Assembly: GCA_041675205.1 (NCBI GenBank)
Contig: JBAYUF010000003.1
Span: 111,025 to 175,024, forward strand
Direction: 5' to 3'
Length of the DNA stretch: 64,000 bases
Source of the DNA: Patescibacteria group bacterium
GTDB taxonomy: Bacteria > Patescibacteriota > Patescibacteriia > GWA2-46-9
Made by a program: the position numbers and the translations under genes. Below the pieces are notes generated by a model, which was given only the letters and a program-made list of their open reading frames with translations, had not been told where the DNA came from and made no database searches. The first letter of the stretch is position 1. Each line of letters opens with the position of its first letter. Positions 27,323-37,147 of the stretch are shown one piece after another.

Positions 27323-28237
27323 ATGAACAAAAAACTAATTACCGTTGCACTTTTCTTGCTCCTGGTGCTAGCTGTTGCTTTCTCGCTCGCATATTTTTTC
27401 ACCCCCAAGACGGGTATTCTCAACAAAGAAGACGCTATAAATGCTGTCATTCGGTTGCACCCCGAATTAGAAGCATATAAAACCACCTCGCTTCCACCGA
27501 GTTCTATTGAGACGAAAGAAGCAAGAGATGGATGGTATGTTGGATTCATTCAAAGCGGAAGCGGCGTGCCGGGAATATTAAATGCAAAGTGCTATAAGGT
27601 TGATGAAAAAAATGTGGCACCAGTCGGAACGTATGCGGGGGATAGCACTAGGACTACGAAAAGTATTGTACTTCAGACGTGCGAACCGGTATTCGCCGAA
27701 CAACCAACTGAAACATTTTTGGCTTACGGTGACGTAGAACTTCAGTTGAATCAACTCGCCACATTTAAGGACATAGCAATTCGCCCACTTTCAATTGAAG
27801 AAGATAGTCGTTGTCCAAATGATGTGCAATGTATTCAAGCGGGAACAGTGCGCGTAAAAGTTGAAATTCTATCAGGTGTGAAATCAAGCACGAGCATTCT
27901 AAAGCTTGGAGAACGTTTTACGACTGAAGGCGAAATTATAACGCTGAATAGTGTCACGCCCGTTACTAATTCCAAAGTGAAGATTACTGATAAGGACTAT
28001 CGTTTTGTTTTCAGTGTTGTTCAAGAGTTAGTAAAAAATCCGGATCCGGAAGGAAAATGTTTTGTTGGCGGATGTTCGTCACAGTTGTGTACAGACCAGC
28101 CAGACGCTGCATCAACCTGTGAATATAAGAGCCAGTATGCTTGCTTTAAAGCAGCAAAGTGCGAGAGGCAATCGAATGGCCAGTGTGGTTGGACAGAGAC
28201 AGAAGAACTTTCCGCTTGTCTTGCAAAAGAGAACTAA
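27323..28237 (+). CDS. hypothetical secreted protein, Cys-rich C-terminus
   Basis: An N-terminal signal/TM segment and 10+ cysteines in the last 70 aa. Confidence 0.45.
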   Translation: MNKKLITVALFLLLVLAVAFSLAYFFTPKTGILNKEDAINAVIRLHPELEAYKTTSLPPSSIETKEARDGWYVGFIQSGSGVPGILNAKCYKVDEKNVAPVGTYAGDSTRTTKSIVLQTCEPVFAEQPTETFLAYGDVELQLNQLATFKDIAIRPLSIEEDSRCPNDVQCIQAGTVRVKVEILSGVKSSTSILKLGERFTTEGEIITLNSVTPVTNSKVKITDKDYRFVFSVVQELVKNPDPEGKCFVGGCSSQLCTDQPDAASTCEYKSQYACFKAAKCERQSNGQCGWTETEELSACLAKEN

Positions 28238-28314
28238 GCCGGGCAAATCTCATAGTCTTCATTCAAGACTCCTTTCAGGAGTCTTGATGACTTTGCTATA
28301 CTTACGGTAAGACA

Positions 28315-28611
28315 ATGCTGAAAGAATACATACAATACATAAAAGACAATCCAGAGCACTATTGGTTTAAACGCAAGCTTTACGGCTGGGGCTGGACACC
28401 TGCTACCTGGCAGGGGTGGCTAGTTCTTGCGATATGGCTTGTACTCGTCTTGATGTTTGCGTTTACTCTCGACGAAAATTCGCCCACGCGCGAAGTAATG
28501 TTCACCTTTATTTTACCAGTTACTTTGTTAACCCTTACGCTTATTCGCATTGGTTACAAAACCGGTGAAAAACCTAGCTGGCAATGGGGATTACCAATCG
28601 ATAAGAAATAA
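28315..28611 (+). CDS. small membrane protein (hypothetical)
   Basis: Two TM segments. 98 aa. Confidence 0.4.
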   Translation: MLKEYIQYIKDNPEHYWFKRKLYGWGWTPATWQGWLVLAIWLVLVLMFAFTLDENSPTREVMFTFILPVTLLTLTLIRIGYKTGEKPSWQWGLPIDKK

Positions 28612-28626
28612 TTAATAACAAACTAT

Positions 28627-29082
28627 ATGAAAGAAACACTGCATTTCGAAATTAACATTCAGGCTCCTGTAGAGAAAGTATGGGACACCATGTTGACGTT
28701 AGAAACTTACAAAGAGTGGACGAGTGTTTTTGAACCAACGTCTTACTATGAAGGGTCTTGGGAAAAGGGAAGTAAAATTCTGTTTCTCGGAGCAGGAGGC
28801 AGCGGCATGGTTTCGGAAATTGCTGAAAATATTCCGCATAAGTTTATTTCCATCAAACACCTGGGTCAGATGAAAGACGGCATTGAAGACACCACCAGCG
28901 ACGAGGTAAAAAAATGGACTCCGGCATTTGAAAACTATACGTTTACTGATAACGGCACAGAAACACTGCTTGCGGTTGATATGGAAATGGAATCAACGCC
29001 AGAGTCGGTGGAATTAAAGGAACAATTTGAAGGCATGTGGCCAAATGCATTGCTGAAATTGAAAGAGATTTGTGAACGGTAA
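28627..29082 (+). CDS. SRPBCC superfamily protein (AHSA1/START-like ligand-binding domain)
   Basis: Pattern ...INAPVEKVWDTM...YKEWTSVF matches AHSA1-like proteins. Confidence 0.6.
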   Translation: MKETLHFEINIQAPVEKVWDTMLTLETYKEWTSVFEPTSYYEGSWEKGSKILFLGAGGSGMVSEIAENIPHKFISIKHLGQMKDGIEDTTSDEVKKWTPAFENYTFTDNGTETLLAVDMEMESTPESVELKEQFEGMWPNALLKLKEICER

Positions 29083-29701
29083 TTTTTCGGCTGACACGAA
29101 AAAATACAATAAAGCACTTACTTCTGAGTACAGTAAGATCTGCGATGTACTGGCTCTGGAAATTTACCGTGCCCTACCCAAAGCAGAAAATAAAATCTGG
29201 CACAGGAGCCCGGTTTGGTTTATAGAAGGCAATCCAATTGTTGGGTACGACAAATTAAAAGACTGCGTGCGGCTTCTTTTTTGGAGTGGTCAGTCTTTCA
29301 AGGAAAAAGGCCTAAAGAAAGAGGGTAGTTTTAAAGCTGCTGAAATTAGGTATACTGCGGCTGAACAAATCAACATTAAAGATTTGAAACGTTGGTTGAA
29401 AAAAGCACAAACGATTCAGTGGGACTATAAAAATATTGTTAAAAGAAGGGGAGTGTTGAAGAAGGTTGTTCCCGCGAAGAAGTCTGTAATTGTTCGTGGT
29501 TTTACTATCAAGTATCACGCGAACGGGAGCACTGTTTGGTCGAAGGGAAAAATGAAACAGGGTAAGCCTGACGGCTTTTGGCAATGGTACCGCCCAGACG
29601 GAACACTTAAGCGTTCCGGCTATTTCAATGCAGGGGAGTCTGTAGGCAAGTGGACGACATACGACCAAAAAGGAAAAATCTACAAAGTGACTCAGAAATA
29701 G
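29072..29701 (+). CDS. DUF1801 (YdhG-like) domain fused to MORN-repeat (YwqK-like) domain
   Basis: The N-terminal 120 aa match the YdhG/DUF1801 pattern. The C-terminus is GKPDGFWQWYRPDGTLKRSGYFNAGESVGKWTTYDQKG, a MORN variant. Confidence 0.5.
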   Translation: MNGNFSADTKKYNKALTSEYSKICDVLALEIYRALPKAENKIWHRSPVWFIEGNPIVGYDKLKDCVRLLFWSGQSFKEKGLKKEGSFKAAEIRYTAAEQINIKDLKRWLKKAQTIQWDYKNIVKRRGVLKKVVPAKKSVIVRGFTIKYHANGSTVWSKGKMKQGKPDGFWQWYRPDGTLKRSGYFNAGESVGKWTTYDQKGKIYKVTQK

Positions 29702-29711
29702 ATTTAATGAA

Positions 29712-30155
29712 ATGGATATCGTTACCTCAGATCGCTACAAACTGATCGCTTCCGTCTACCTGTTGTTCGTAAAGAATGACAAGATTTTGTTGCTCCTTCG
29801 AGCTAATACTGGGTATGAAGATGGCAAATATGGCCTTGTGGCTGGTCACCTTGAATCGGGTGAATCATTAACGAACGGCGCCATACGTGAAGCAAAAGAG
29901 GAATCCGGCGTTGTTATCGAGCCGAGTGATCTTGTGCTAAGAGCCACAATGCATCGCCGACAATTTGACGAGCGATTAGATTTCTTTTTTGAAGTAAAAA
30001 AATGGAGTGGGGAACTTAGGAATGCAGAGCCGGATAAGTGCGATGATTTGAGCTGGTTTCCGTTAGACGATCTACCGGCAAATACTATTCCGTATATTCG
30101 TCAGGCCATAGACTGCTACCGCAAGGATATTGGTTATTCTGAGTTTGGTTGGTAG
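29712..30155 (+). CDS. Nudix hydrolase
   Basis: Nudix box GHLESGESLTNGAIREAKEESGV. Confidence 0.75.
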   Translation: MDIVTSDRYKLIASVYLLFVKNDKILLLLRANTGYEDGKYGLVAGHLESGESLTNGAIREAKEESGVVIEPSDLVLRATMHRRQFDERLDFFFEVKKWSGELRNAEPDKCDDLSWFPLDDLPANTIPYIRQAIDCYRKDIGYSEFGW

Positions 30156-30208
30156 CTCTGTTCTCTCTCCTTATTTTCCAAAGGACTTTCAAAAAATAAA
30201 TTTTAACC

Positions 30209-30727
30209 ATGACAACTTCTCATAAATTCAGTCCAATAGAAAACCGGGGTCAGCTATTAGAAGCGATAATGTATACACATTTTAAATGCTTTGAGCTCTG
30301 CAAAAATAATTTTGGGCGGTATCTTTCTGTTGCTGGCAATATCGGAATATTTTGTCACTTTGAAAACGAATACGAATTTCTTACAAAATTAAGGAAAGAG
30401 CTCACAGAGGAATCCAACAACTGGAATCAAAAGTATTATCGGCTTCTTGAACCCATTTTCATACCCACCAACGGTGACATACCGGAAACAGTGTATACAT
30501 ATCTATATATTCGGAAGCCGGATGAGCACACGGAAGTTGGTGATGTTGATTTCATTTTAGGCGTCGAAGAATTTAACGAATTAAAAAATTCTTTGCAGTC
30601 AGGCAAGGAGATGAAAGGTATTAGATTATTTAGTCGTCCGGATCTTGATCTAATAAGATTGTTTGATGCGTCCACAGACGTTCTTGCCTTTATTGGCAAG
30701 AAAAACATGGCTGAAAACATTTTATAA
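30209..30727 (+). CDS. hypothetical protein
   Basis: A 172 aa AT-rich ORF. No motifs. Confidence 0.4.
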   Translation: MTTSHKFSPIENRGQLLEAIMYTHFKCFELCKNNFGRYLSVAGNIGIFCHFENEYEFLTKLRKELTEESNNWNQKYYRLLEPIFIPTNGDIPETVYTYLYIRKPDEHTEVGDVDFILGVEEFNELKNSLQSGKEMKGIRLFSRPDLDLIRLFDASTDVLAFIGKKNMAENIL

Positions 30728-30834
30728 AGAGTGTTACACTGTAACAGGAAAAATTTAACCTATCTTTTTGTGCTTATCAGAAACAAGTACGCACAAAGAC
30801 GAAATTATTATTCAGTCGTGATTGTCATTGTCTA

Positions 30835-31449
30835 ATGGATTCCAAAGTCACAACGTTCATATTTGACTGCTTTGATGTCTTATTGGCACCAGTTGTTACC
30901 CGCTGGTATAGAGAAAACAGTGCCAAGTTAGGCTTCGTTGATGAAAACCTACAAGACATTTTACGGCAGTTTGACCTCGCGCTTTTATCTGAAGCCGATC
31001 TGATGGAGTATTTACTGAAGTATCCAGGCGTAAACTCTACAGTTGCAAAACTTCAAAGCGAAATTGATGCCCATCTCGAAATTGATGAGGCACTTGTAGT
31101 AGTAATTAAAAAGTTAAAAAACAAAAGCTTCAAGACCGCCTTATTGTCGAACGCCAACCATTCTTTCTTTGAAAGAAAAGTATATTCAACATATCCAGAG
31201 TTCAAAGGACTATTTGATGAGATAGTCATTTCTTCTGCTGTTAAGATGGTCAAGCCAGACAAAAATATCTATTTGTATACTCTTGCCAAAATTAATTCAA
31301 AGGCGGAAGAGTGTTTATTCATCGATGACAACAAAACCAACGTTGCCGCTGCGGTTGCATTAGGCATGAATGGTTACGTCTATACAGACTACAAATCCTT
31401 TGCAGATTTCATTACTGAATCAGGTATCGAGCTTGAGGCGGGCGTATGA
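30835..31449 (+). CDS. HAD-superfamily hydrolase (phosphatase-like)
   Basis: Motif I FDCFDVL, motif III K, and C-terminal DD (FIDDN) are present. Confidence 0.7.
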   Translation: MDSKVTTFIFDCFDVLLAPVVTRWYRENSAKLGFVDENLQDILRQFDLALLSEADLMEYLLKYPGVNSTVAKLQSEIDAHLEIDEALVVVIKKLKNKSFKTALLSNANHSFFERKVYSTYPEFKGLFDEIVISSAVKMVKPDKNIYLYTLAKINSKAEECLFIDDNKTNVAAAVALGMNGYVYTDYKSFADFITESGIELEAGV

Positions 31450-32354
31450 CAGAACAGGTGGCCGCCACAATTGAAATCGGTGGCAAATCATACGAACACG
31501 TAAAGACTCGAGAGTATACACCCGTTGCAATTTATAAATGCGACGGCGAGTTTCTACGTATTGCGCCAAAAGAAGTACTGACGCCAGAATTAACTTTACA
31601 CAAAAAGATTTTGAGCTACGGCTTTCCTGTTCCGAACATTCTCGCCGAGGGTGAATTGGATGGAATGCTTTACTACACAGAGCAGTCGTTTGGGGACAAA
31701 TTACTAGGCGACCTGTTTTGGGAAGACTGTAAACAAGGTGGTGAAATATCTAGCGAGCATTTTAATTTTTTTCTAAACGTTTCAGAGAAGTTTGCTTTAG
31801 CGCAATTAAAAACTGCAATTGATGACAAGGACGACGAAGGTTTTTACATGGGCATTCACGTTAATGATATAATCGAAGAACTTCCAAAGTTAGAGACCAC
31901 CGTTATTGCTGCGTTCGAAAAGACGAAGGAGAGAACTAGAGCTTTGCCAACGGTTCTGACTCACGGTGACTTAAATGCCCATAACATGTTTCAGGCTGGA
32001 ATAATTGATCTTGGCAGTACCCACACGGCTCCAGCTGGGTATGATTTAATCGGTAATATCTACCATACCTACAATTTCCCTAAGACTGGGGAGTATGAAA
32101 GTATGAGAAGGTATGATTTCACAGCGAATCAAATTAGTGAGTACCTTAGAGTAATTGATGCGATTTATACTGAAAGTGGTTTGCCAAGGTTAATCGACTT
32201 TAAAGATGATTTCATTTTCGCGAAGTCCGTTTGGTCTACTGTGAGAATGTACAGATATCCGAAACTGAAGAAGTGGCGCCAAGACCGTTTTAAGAAGATT
32301 TTGGTCAGCTACCTCAATGGGCAACCTCTGGCGCAAATAATTTTTGAGTCATAA
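31446..32354 (+). CDS. aminoglycoside-phosphotransferase-family (APH/choline-kinase-like) small-molecule kinase
   Basis: The Brenner motif LTHGDLNAHNMF and IDLG (DxG) are present. ATGA overlap with the HAD gene. Confidence 0.7.
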   Translation: MTEQVAATIEIGGKSYEHVKTREYTPVAIYKCDGEFLRIAPKEVLTPELTLHKKILSYGFPVPNILAEGELDGMLYYTEQSFGDKLLGDLFWEDCKQGGEISSEHFNFFLNVSEKFALAQLKTAIDDKDDEGFYMGIHVNDIIEELPKLETTVIAAFEKTKERTRALPTVLTHGDLNAHNMFQAGIIDLGSTHTAPAGYDLIGNIYHTYNFPKTGEYESMRRYDFTANQISEYLRVIDAIYTESGLPRLIDFKDDFIFAKSVWSTVRMYRYPKLKKWRQDRFKKILVSYLNGQPLAQIIFES

Positions 32355-32363
32355 TCAACTACT

Positions 32364-32801
32364 ATGCCACTTGACGACAAGGAACAATATTACGTCGCAG
32401 TCAAAGTCTTTTTAAAGAAGGACGGCAGGCTGCTTATTATGAAAGACAAGTTCGGCGACTGGGACTTGCCGGGTGGCAGAATTAGAAAAGATGAATTTTC
32501 TGTACCGCTTCAAGACGTGGTTGAACGAAAAATGCTTGAAGAACTTGGGGGCGACATTCGTTATACAATTGGTAAACCAGTGGTGTTTATGCGCCACGAG
32601 CGTGTTGAGCAAGTACCAGGTAATCCAACCGTACGTATTTTTGCTATTGGATATGAGGGCACGCTTGAAAGTGGTGAAATAGTACCGTCAGAGTTGCACC
32701 CCGAGGTATTGTGGGTTGATCCGAAAAGTTTTAGGCCAGAGGATTACTTTACCGGCGGCTGGCTTACTGGTGTCAAAGAGTATTTAAATCAAAGTATATA
32801 G
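32364..32801 (+). CDS. Nudix-like hydrolase (divergent Nudix box)
   Basis: GGRIRKDEFSVPLQDVVERKMLEELGG approximates the Nudix box but with altered spacing. Confidence 0.5.
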   Translation: MPLDDKEQYYVAVKVFLKKDGRLLIMKDKFGDWDLPGGRIRKDEFSVPLQDVVERKMLEELGGDIRYTIGKPVVFMRHERVEQVPGNPTVRIFAIGYEGTLESGEIVPSELHPEVLWVDPKSFRPEDYFTGGWLTGVKEYLNQSI

Positions 32802-35219
32802 ATGACCTGGATTAAACCATTTTCAGAGATTTCCAAAGATGACGCCGCTATAGCGGGTGGCAAGGGCGCTTCTTTGGGAGAAATGACCCAGGCCGGTATA
32901 CCCGTGCCAGAAGGTTTTGTGTTGCTTGCAACGGCATTCGAGTCTTTTTTTGAAAAAACTAGTCTTGCTACTGAGGTAGCTGCTATCCTCAAAACCGTTC
33001 GGGCTCAAGATATGAAAACAATTGAGCATGCTTCCGAGCAAGCGCAGTCACTTATTCTTCAAAAAGAAATACCAGAAGATATTGTCAAAGAAATTGAGAA
33101 AGAATTTTCTAAACTCGGTGCAGAGTTTGTGGCCGTTCGTTCGAGTGCCACTGCGGAGGACAGCGCCGAGGCAGCATGGGCTGGCCAGCTCGATACATTC
33201 TTGAATACAACAAAAGATACGCTGCTAGAGAATGTGCGCCGATGCTGGGCGTCACTTTTTACACCAAGAGCAATTTTCTATCGTATTGAAAAGGGTTTAC
33301 TTACGGCAAAGATTTCTGTGGCAGTTGTTATTCAAAAAATGGTACAGAGCGAAGTGTCTGGCGTAGCGTTTTCTGTTCATCCAGTCACTGAAGACAGGAA
33401 TCAAATGATTATTGAAGCCGGGTTCGGGCTAGGAGAGGCTATTGTTTCAGGACAAATTACACCAGATTCATACGTGATTACGAAAATACCGTTTGCCATT
33501 TCTGACAAGAATATTTATTTTCAGAAACAACTTCTGCGCAAAGCAAAAGGTGTAGGCAATGAGTGGCATGAGCTCAACGAAAAGGCGGGAAGCAAACCCG
33601 CGCTGTCTGACAAGCAGGCGCTGAGGCTGGCGAAAATAGTTGTCGGCATTGAGGAACACTACGGCGTACCATGTGATATAGAGTGGGCTTTTGAGGCCGA
33701 TCAATTCTTCATTACTCAGAGCAGGCCAATAACAACGCTACATAATGATACTGGTGAAAAGAAACATGCTTATGAGTTTTCTTGGGGCGAGAGGCATTCA
33801 ATTATTTCAGCGGAATCTTGGTTGAGAGGATATATTTCTTTGCGTGATGTCATTGGAAACGAGAACATGAATGTTTTTCTGTACGTTAATAAAGGTCAGG
33901 TAAATACATATAATTCAAAAGAAGATTTGCCAGTAGCCATAGAATCTGGAAGAGAGGTGCTTAATCACAAATTCTTAAAAAAGCACCTAAAGAATACATT
34001 TACAATTCGGGAAAAGTTTAAAGGGTTAGCTGAAAAAGTTAATAAAGTAAAAATGCCGAAGGCCTCGGATGAGGAGTTGCTCTCATATTTTGTGGCCTAT
34101 CAAGATTTATTTGATAAAACTTGGTCCTGGTTTAAAGTTTCTCAGCCTGAGTATCTTGAATTAGCAAAGGAAAAACTGGAAGAATTAATCAATGAAAGAA
34201 AAATTCTAAATCCAAATGAAGTATTTATAATCTTAACGAAGCCCACTGAGATTGATTTAATAAAAGAAGAAGAGTTGGCTGCTCTCAAGTGCTCGCTTGG
34301 AAAGGTTAGTGGCGAAAAATTGTTGCGACATGCAGCGCAATATCCTTGGTTATGTTTCAACACTTATGACCAAAGTACAATTCTGAAATTTTTAGAAAAA
34401 AAATTTGCCGATTTGGCACAAATTCCGGTTGCGGAAAGAAGAAAGAAAATTGAATCCATAGAACTTGAAATCCAAGAGCATCGAAGTAATCGTGACGCTC
34501 TTTTAAGGGAACTTGGAAGCGATAGCGATGTGAAGTATTTATCATCTGTTTTTGGCACCCTTGCTGTTGATCGTTTAAGAATGAAAGCGTGGTGGGGTGG
34601 CGCTGAATATTTGTTTCTGCCACTTTTTCAAGAAATTGCTAAGCGGGCAGGCGTTTCAGTTGAGGATTTATTTATGGGCTACAAAATTGAAGATATTATT
34701 GAGCTACTTCAAAATCGGAATTATCTTGACAATCGGACTATTGCTGAACGAAAAGAAATATATGCCATTGCCATCGAAGAGGGGAAAATGAGGTTTTATG
34801 AAAAAGACGAGGCTCAAGATATTTTTTATTCAATCATAGGCTCACAAAAGACATCCATTAATTCATCTGACACAATTAGAGGTGTTATTGCTAATACTGG
34901 TAAAGCAGAAGGCAGAGTCAAAGTTATTGTAGTTGAAGATTTAAAGACTCTGATTGCAGACATGGATAGATTTGAAAAAGGGGACATCATGGTAACAACC
35001 ATGACTCAGCCTACAATGGTCTCATTGGCTCGCAAGGCAGCTGCAATCGTAACTGACGAAGGTGGAATAACGTCACATGCCGCCATTTTGGCTAGAGAGT
35101 GCAATATTCCGTGCATCGTGGGTACCAAAATGGCCACACAAATCCTGAAGGACGGTGATATTGTTGAAGTGGATGCTGAAATAGGTGTTGTAACCATAAT
35201 AGAAAGAGAGTCTGATTAA
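32802..35219 (+). CDS. PEP-utilising phosphotransferase, rifampin-phosphotransferase-like architecture (PPDK_N ATP-grasp N-domain + C-terminal swivelling phospho-His domain, no PEP TIM barrel)
   Basis: The N-terminus (ISKDDAAIAGGKGASLGEM...) is a pyruvate phosphate dikinase-type ATP-binding domain. The C-terminus (GDIMVTTMTQPTMVSLARKAAAIVTDEGGITSHAAILARECNIPCIVG) is the mobile His domain. The 805 aa length and domain order match RPH/PpsA-like antibiotic kinases. Confidence 0.7.
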   Translation: MTWIKPFSEISKDDAAIAGGKGASLGEMTQAGIPVPEGFVLLATAFESFFEKTSLATEVAAILKTVRAQDMKTIEHASEQAQSLILQKEIPEDIVKEIEKEFSKLGAEFVAVRSSATAEDSAEAAWAGQLDTFLNTTKDTLLENVRRCWASLFTPRAIFYRIEKGLLTAKISVAVVIQKMVQSEVSGVAFSVHPVTEDRNQMIIEAGFGLGEAIVSGQITPDSYVITKIPFAISDKNIYFQKQLLRKAKGVGNEWHELNEKAGSKPALSDKQALRLAKIVVGIEEHYGVPCDIEWAFEADQFFITQSRPITTLHNDTGEKKHAYEFSWGERHSIISAESWLRGYISLRDVIGNENMNVFLYVNKGQVNTYNSKEDLPVAIESGREVLNHKFLKKHLKNTFTIREKFKGLAEKVNKVKMPKASDEELLSYFVAYQDLFDKTWSWFKVSQPEYLELAKEKLEELINERKILNPNEVFIILTKPTEIDLIKEEELAALKCSLGKVSGEKLLRHAAQYPWLCFNTYDQSTILKFLEKKFADLAQIPVAERRKKIESIELEIQEHRSNRDALLRELGSDSDVKYLSSVFGTLAVDRLRMKAWWGGAEYLFLPLFQEIAKRAGVSVEDLFMGYKIEDIIELLQNRNYLDNRTIAERKEIYAIAIEEGKMRFYEKDEAQDIFYSIIGSQKTSINSSDTIRGVIANTGKAEGRVKVIVVEDLKTLIADMDRFEKGDIMVTTMTQPTMVSLARKAAAIVTDEGGITSHAAILARECNIPCIVGTKMATQILKDGDIVEVDAEIGVVTIIERESD

Positions 35220-35243
35220 ATTATTCCGTGATAAACTACTAGA

Positions 35244-35660
35244 ATGACTCAGATTCCAGAGTGTTTTTATCGCGTAAGTATAAAGGGGTTAATACTCGAC
35301 GAAACTCGAACCAAGTTTCTTGTTTGTCTTGAAGACAATGGCTTGTGGGAACTACCGGGCGGGGGATTAGATTGGGGCGAATCAATCGAGAACTGTCTGA
35401 AGCGTGAAATTAAGGAAGAGATGGGCCTCGACACTACGTTCATTAGCACGCACCCACTATACTTCACGACAAGCATTAGTTTAAGAAATACCTGGTTTGT
35501 TAATGTTATCCATGAAGTAAAGGTTAAAGATTTAAATTTCAATCCTTCCGACGAATGCCGGGAAATTCGGTTTGTTTCACCAGAAGATTTGGCGTCTATA
35601 AATGTTTACAATAGTGTGAAAGAATTAGGACTACAGTTCGATAGTTCAAGACATATATAA
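35244..35660 (+). CDS. Nudix hydrolase
   Basis: Nudix box GGGLDWGESIENCLKREIKEEMGL. Confidence 0.7.
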   Translation: MTQIPECFYRVSIKGLILDETRTKFLVCLEDNGLWELPGGGLDWGESIENCLKREIKEEMGLDTTFISTHPLYFTTSISLRNTWFVNVIHEVKVKDLNFNPSDECREIRFVSPEDLASINVYNSVKELGLQFDSSRHI

Positions 35661-35665
35661 CTTTT

Positions 35666-37147
35666 ATGCATGATTCTCACCCGAGCGGCAGAGACCGACT
35701 ACGGCGGATAGCACACAGGGTAATGTTGCAACGTGGTTTGCAGCCAGATTTTCCACCGGCCGCAATTAGTCAAACTGATAAAATAACCGCTCCGGCGAAG
35801 GCAACTGACGCATCGGTCAAAGATTTACGCCACTTGCTGTGGGCTTCAATTGATAACGATGATTCGCGAGACCTCGACCAACTTTCGGTTGCCGAGTCAT
35901 TGCCGGATGGCAGCACGAAGATATTTGTCGCCATTGCGGATGTTGATGCGCTGGTAAAGAAAAATACGGCCATTGATTTGCATGCTTTAAAAAATACAAC
36001 GTCTGTGTACACGGCTGGCGAAATATTTCCAATGTTGCCGGAAAAACTTTCAACGAATCTTACCTCGCTCGCTGAAAAAGAAGAGCGACTAGCCATAGTT
36101 GTTGAAATGACCGTTGCAGAAGACGGACAAGTGACCTCGTCCGACATATATCAAGCGCTTGTTTTTAACCACGCGCAGCTGGCGTATAACGCTCTAGCTC
36201 TTTGGCTGGAAGGCACGGGGCCGGCCCCAGAGAAACTAGAGGCCGTGCCGGGGCTCGCTGAGCAACTGCATCTTCAAGACAAAGCAACCCAGGCGCTTCG
36301 GCAAATACGACATCAGCATGGTGCATTGCAGCTAGAAACAGCCGAGGCGAGAGCAGTATTTGAGGATGATGTACTGATGGATCTTCGACCAGAGGAGCGG
36401 AACAGGGCGAAAGATATTATCGAAGACTTCATGGTGGCGGCGAACGGTGTTACCGCTAAGTTTCTTGAAAAAAATAACTATGCGTCGCTGCGCCGGGTGC
36501 TCAGAACACCAAAACGATGGGACAAAATTGTGCAGCTTGCGGCAGCACTTGGTCACCAACTACCAGCAACACCAAATGCAGCAGCGCTCGATGTGTTTCT
36601 TGATGTTCGTCGAAAAGCCGAGCCGAGTACGTTTCCTGATCTCTCGTTGTCCGTCGTAAAGCTCCTTGGCTCTGGTGAATATGCCCTGGAACTACCAGGC
36701 GAAGACGTGGAAGGGCACTTTGGTTTAGCGGTTCGAGATTACACGCACTCTACTGCCCCAAATCGTCGCTATCCAGACCTTATTACCCAGCGACTGTTGA
36801 AAGCGGCACTCGCCAAAGAACCATCACCGTATACAAACGACGAGCTCGTCGTTATGGCCATGCATTGCACTGAGCAAGAAGATAATGCCCAAAAAGTTGA
36901 GCGACAGGTACGGAAATCTGCCGCAGCGCTACTCCTTGCCAGGCGCATTGGGGAGCACTTTGACGCCATTGTTACCGGCGCCTCAGAAAAAGGTACGTGG
37001 GTACGAATAACTAACCCCGTAGTTGAAGGAATGCTGGTGCGAGGCATTACGGGCTTAGACGTTGCCGATCACATTCGCGTGCGACTTATTCGCACGGATG
37101 TAGAGCATGGCTTTATTGATTTCGAAAGAATAGGAACGAAAGGATGA
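35666..37147 (+). CDS. RNB-domain exoribonuclease (RNase II/R family, lacks N-terminal cold-shock domains)
   Basis: An RNB-like acidic motif (SIDNDDSRDLDQLS) and about 490 aa. GC content is higher than the surrounding island. Confidence 0.6.
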   Translation: MHDSHPSGRDRLRRIAHRVMLQRGLQPDFPPAAISQTDKITAPAKATDASVKDLRHLLWASIDNDDSRDLDQLSVAESLPDGSTKIFVAIADVDALVKKNTAIDLHALKNTTSVYTAGEIFPMLPEKLSTNLTSLAEKEERLAIVVEMTVAEDGQVTSSDIYQALVFNHAQLAYNALALWLEGTGPAPEKLEAVPGLAEQLHLQDKATQALRQIRHQHGALQLETAEARAVFEDDVLMDLRPEERNRAKDIIEDFMVAANGVTAKFLEKNNYASLRRVLRTPKRWDKIVQLAAALGHQLPATPNAAALDVFLDVRRKAEPSTFPDLSLSVVKLLGSGEYALELPGEDVEGHFGLAVRDYTHSTAPNRRYPDLITQRLLKAALAKEPSPYTNDELVVMAMHCTEQEDNAQKVERQVRKSAAALLLARRIGEHFDAIVTGASEKGTWVRITNPVVEGMLVRGITGLDVADHIRVRLIRTDVEHGFIDFERIGTKG

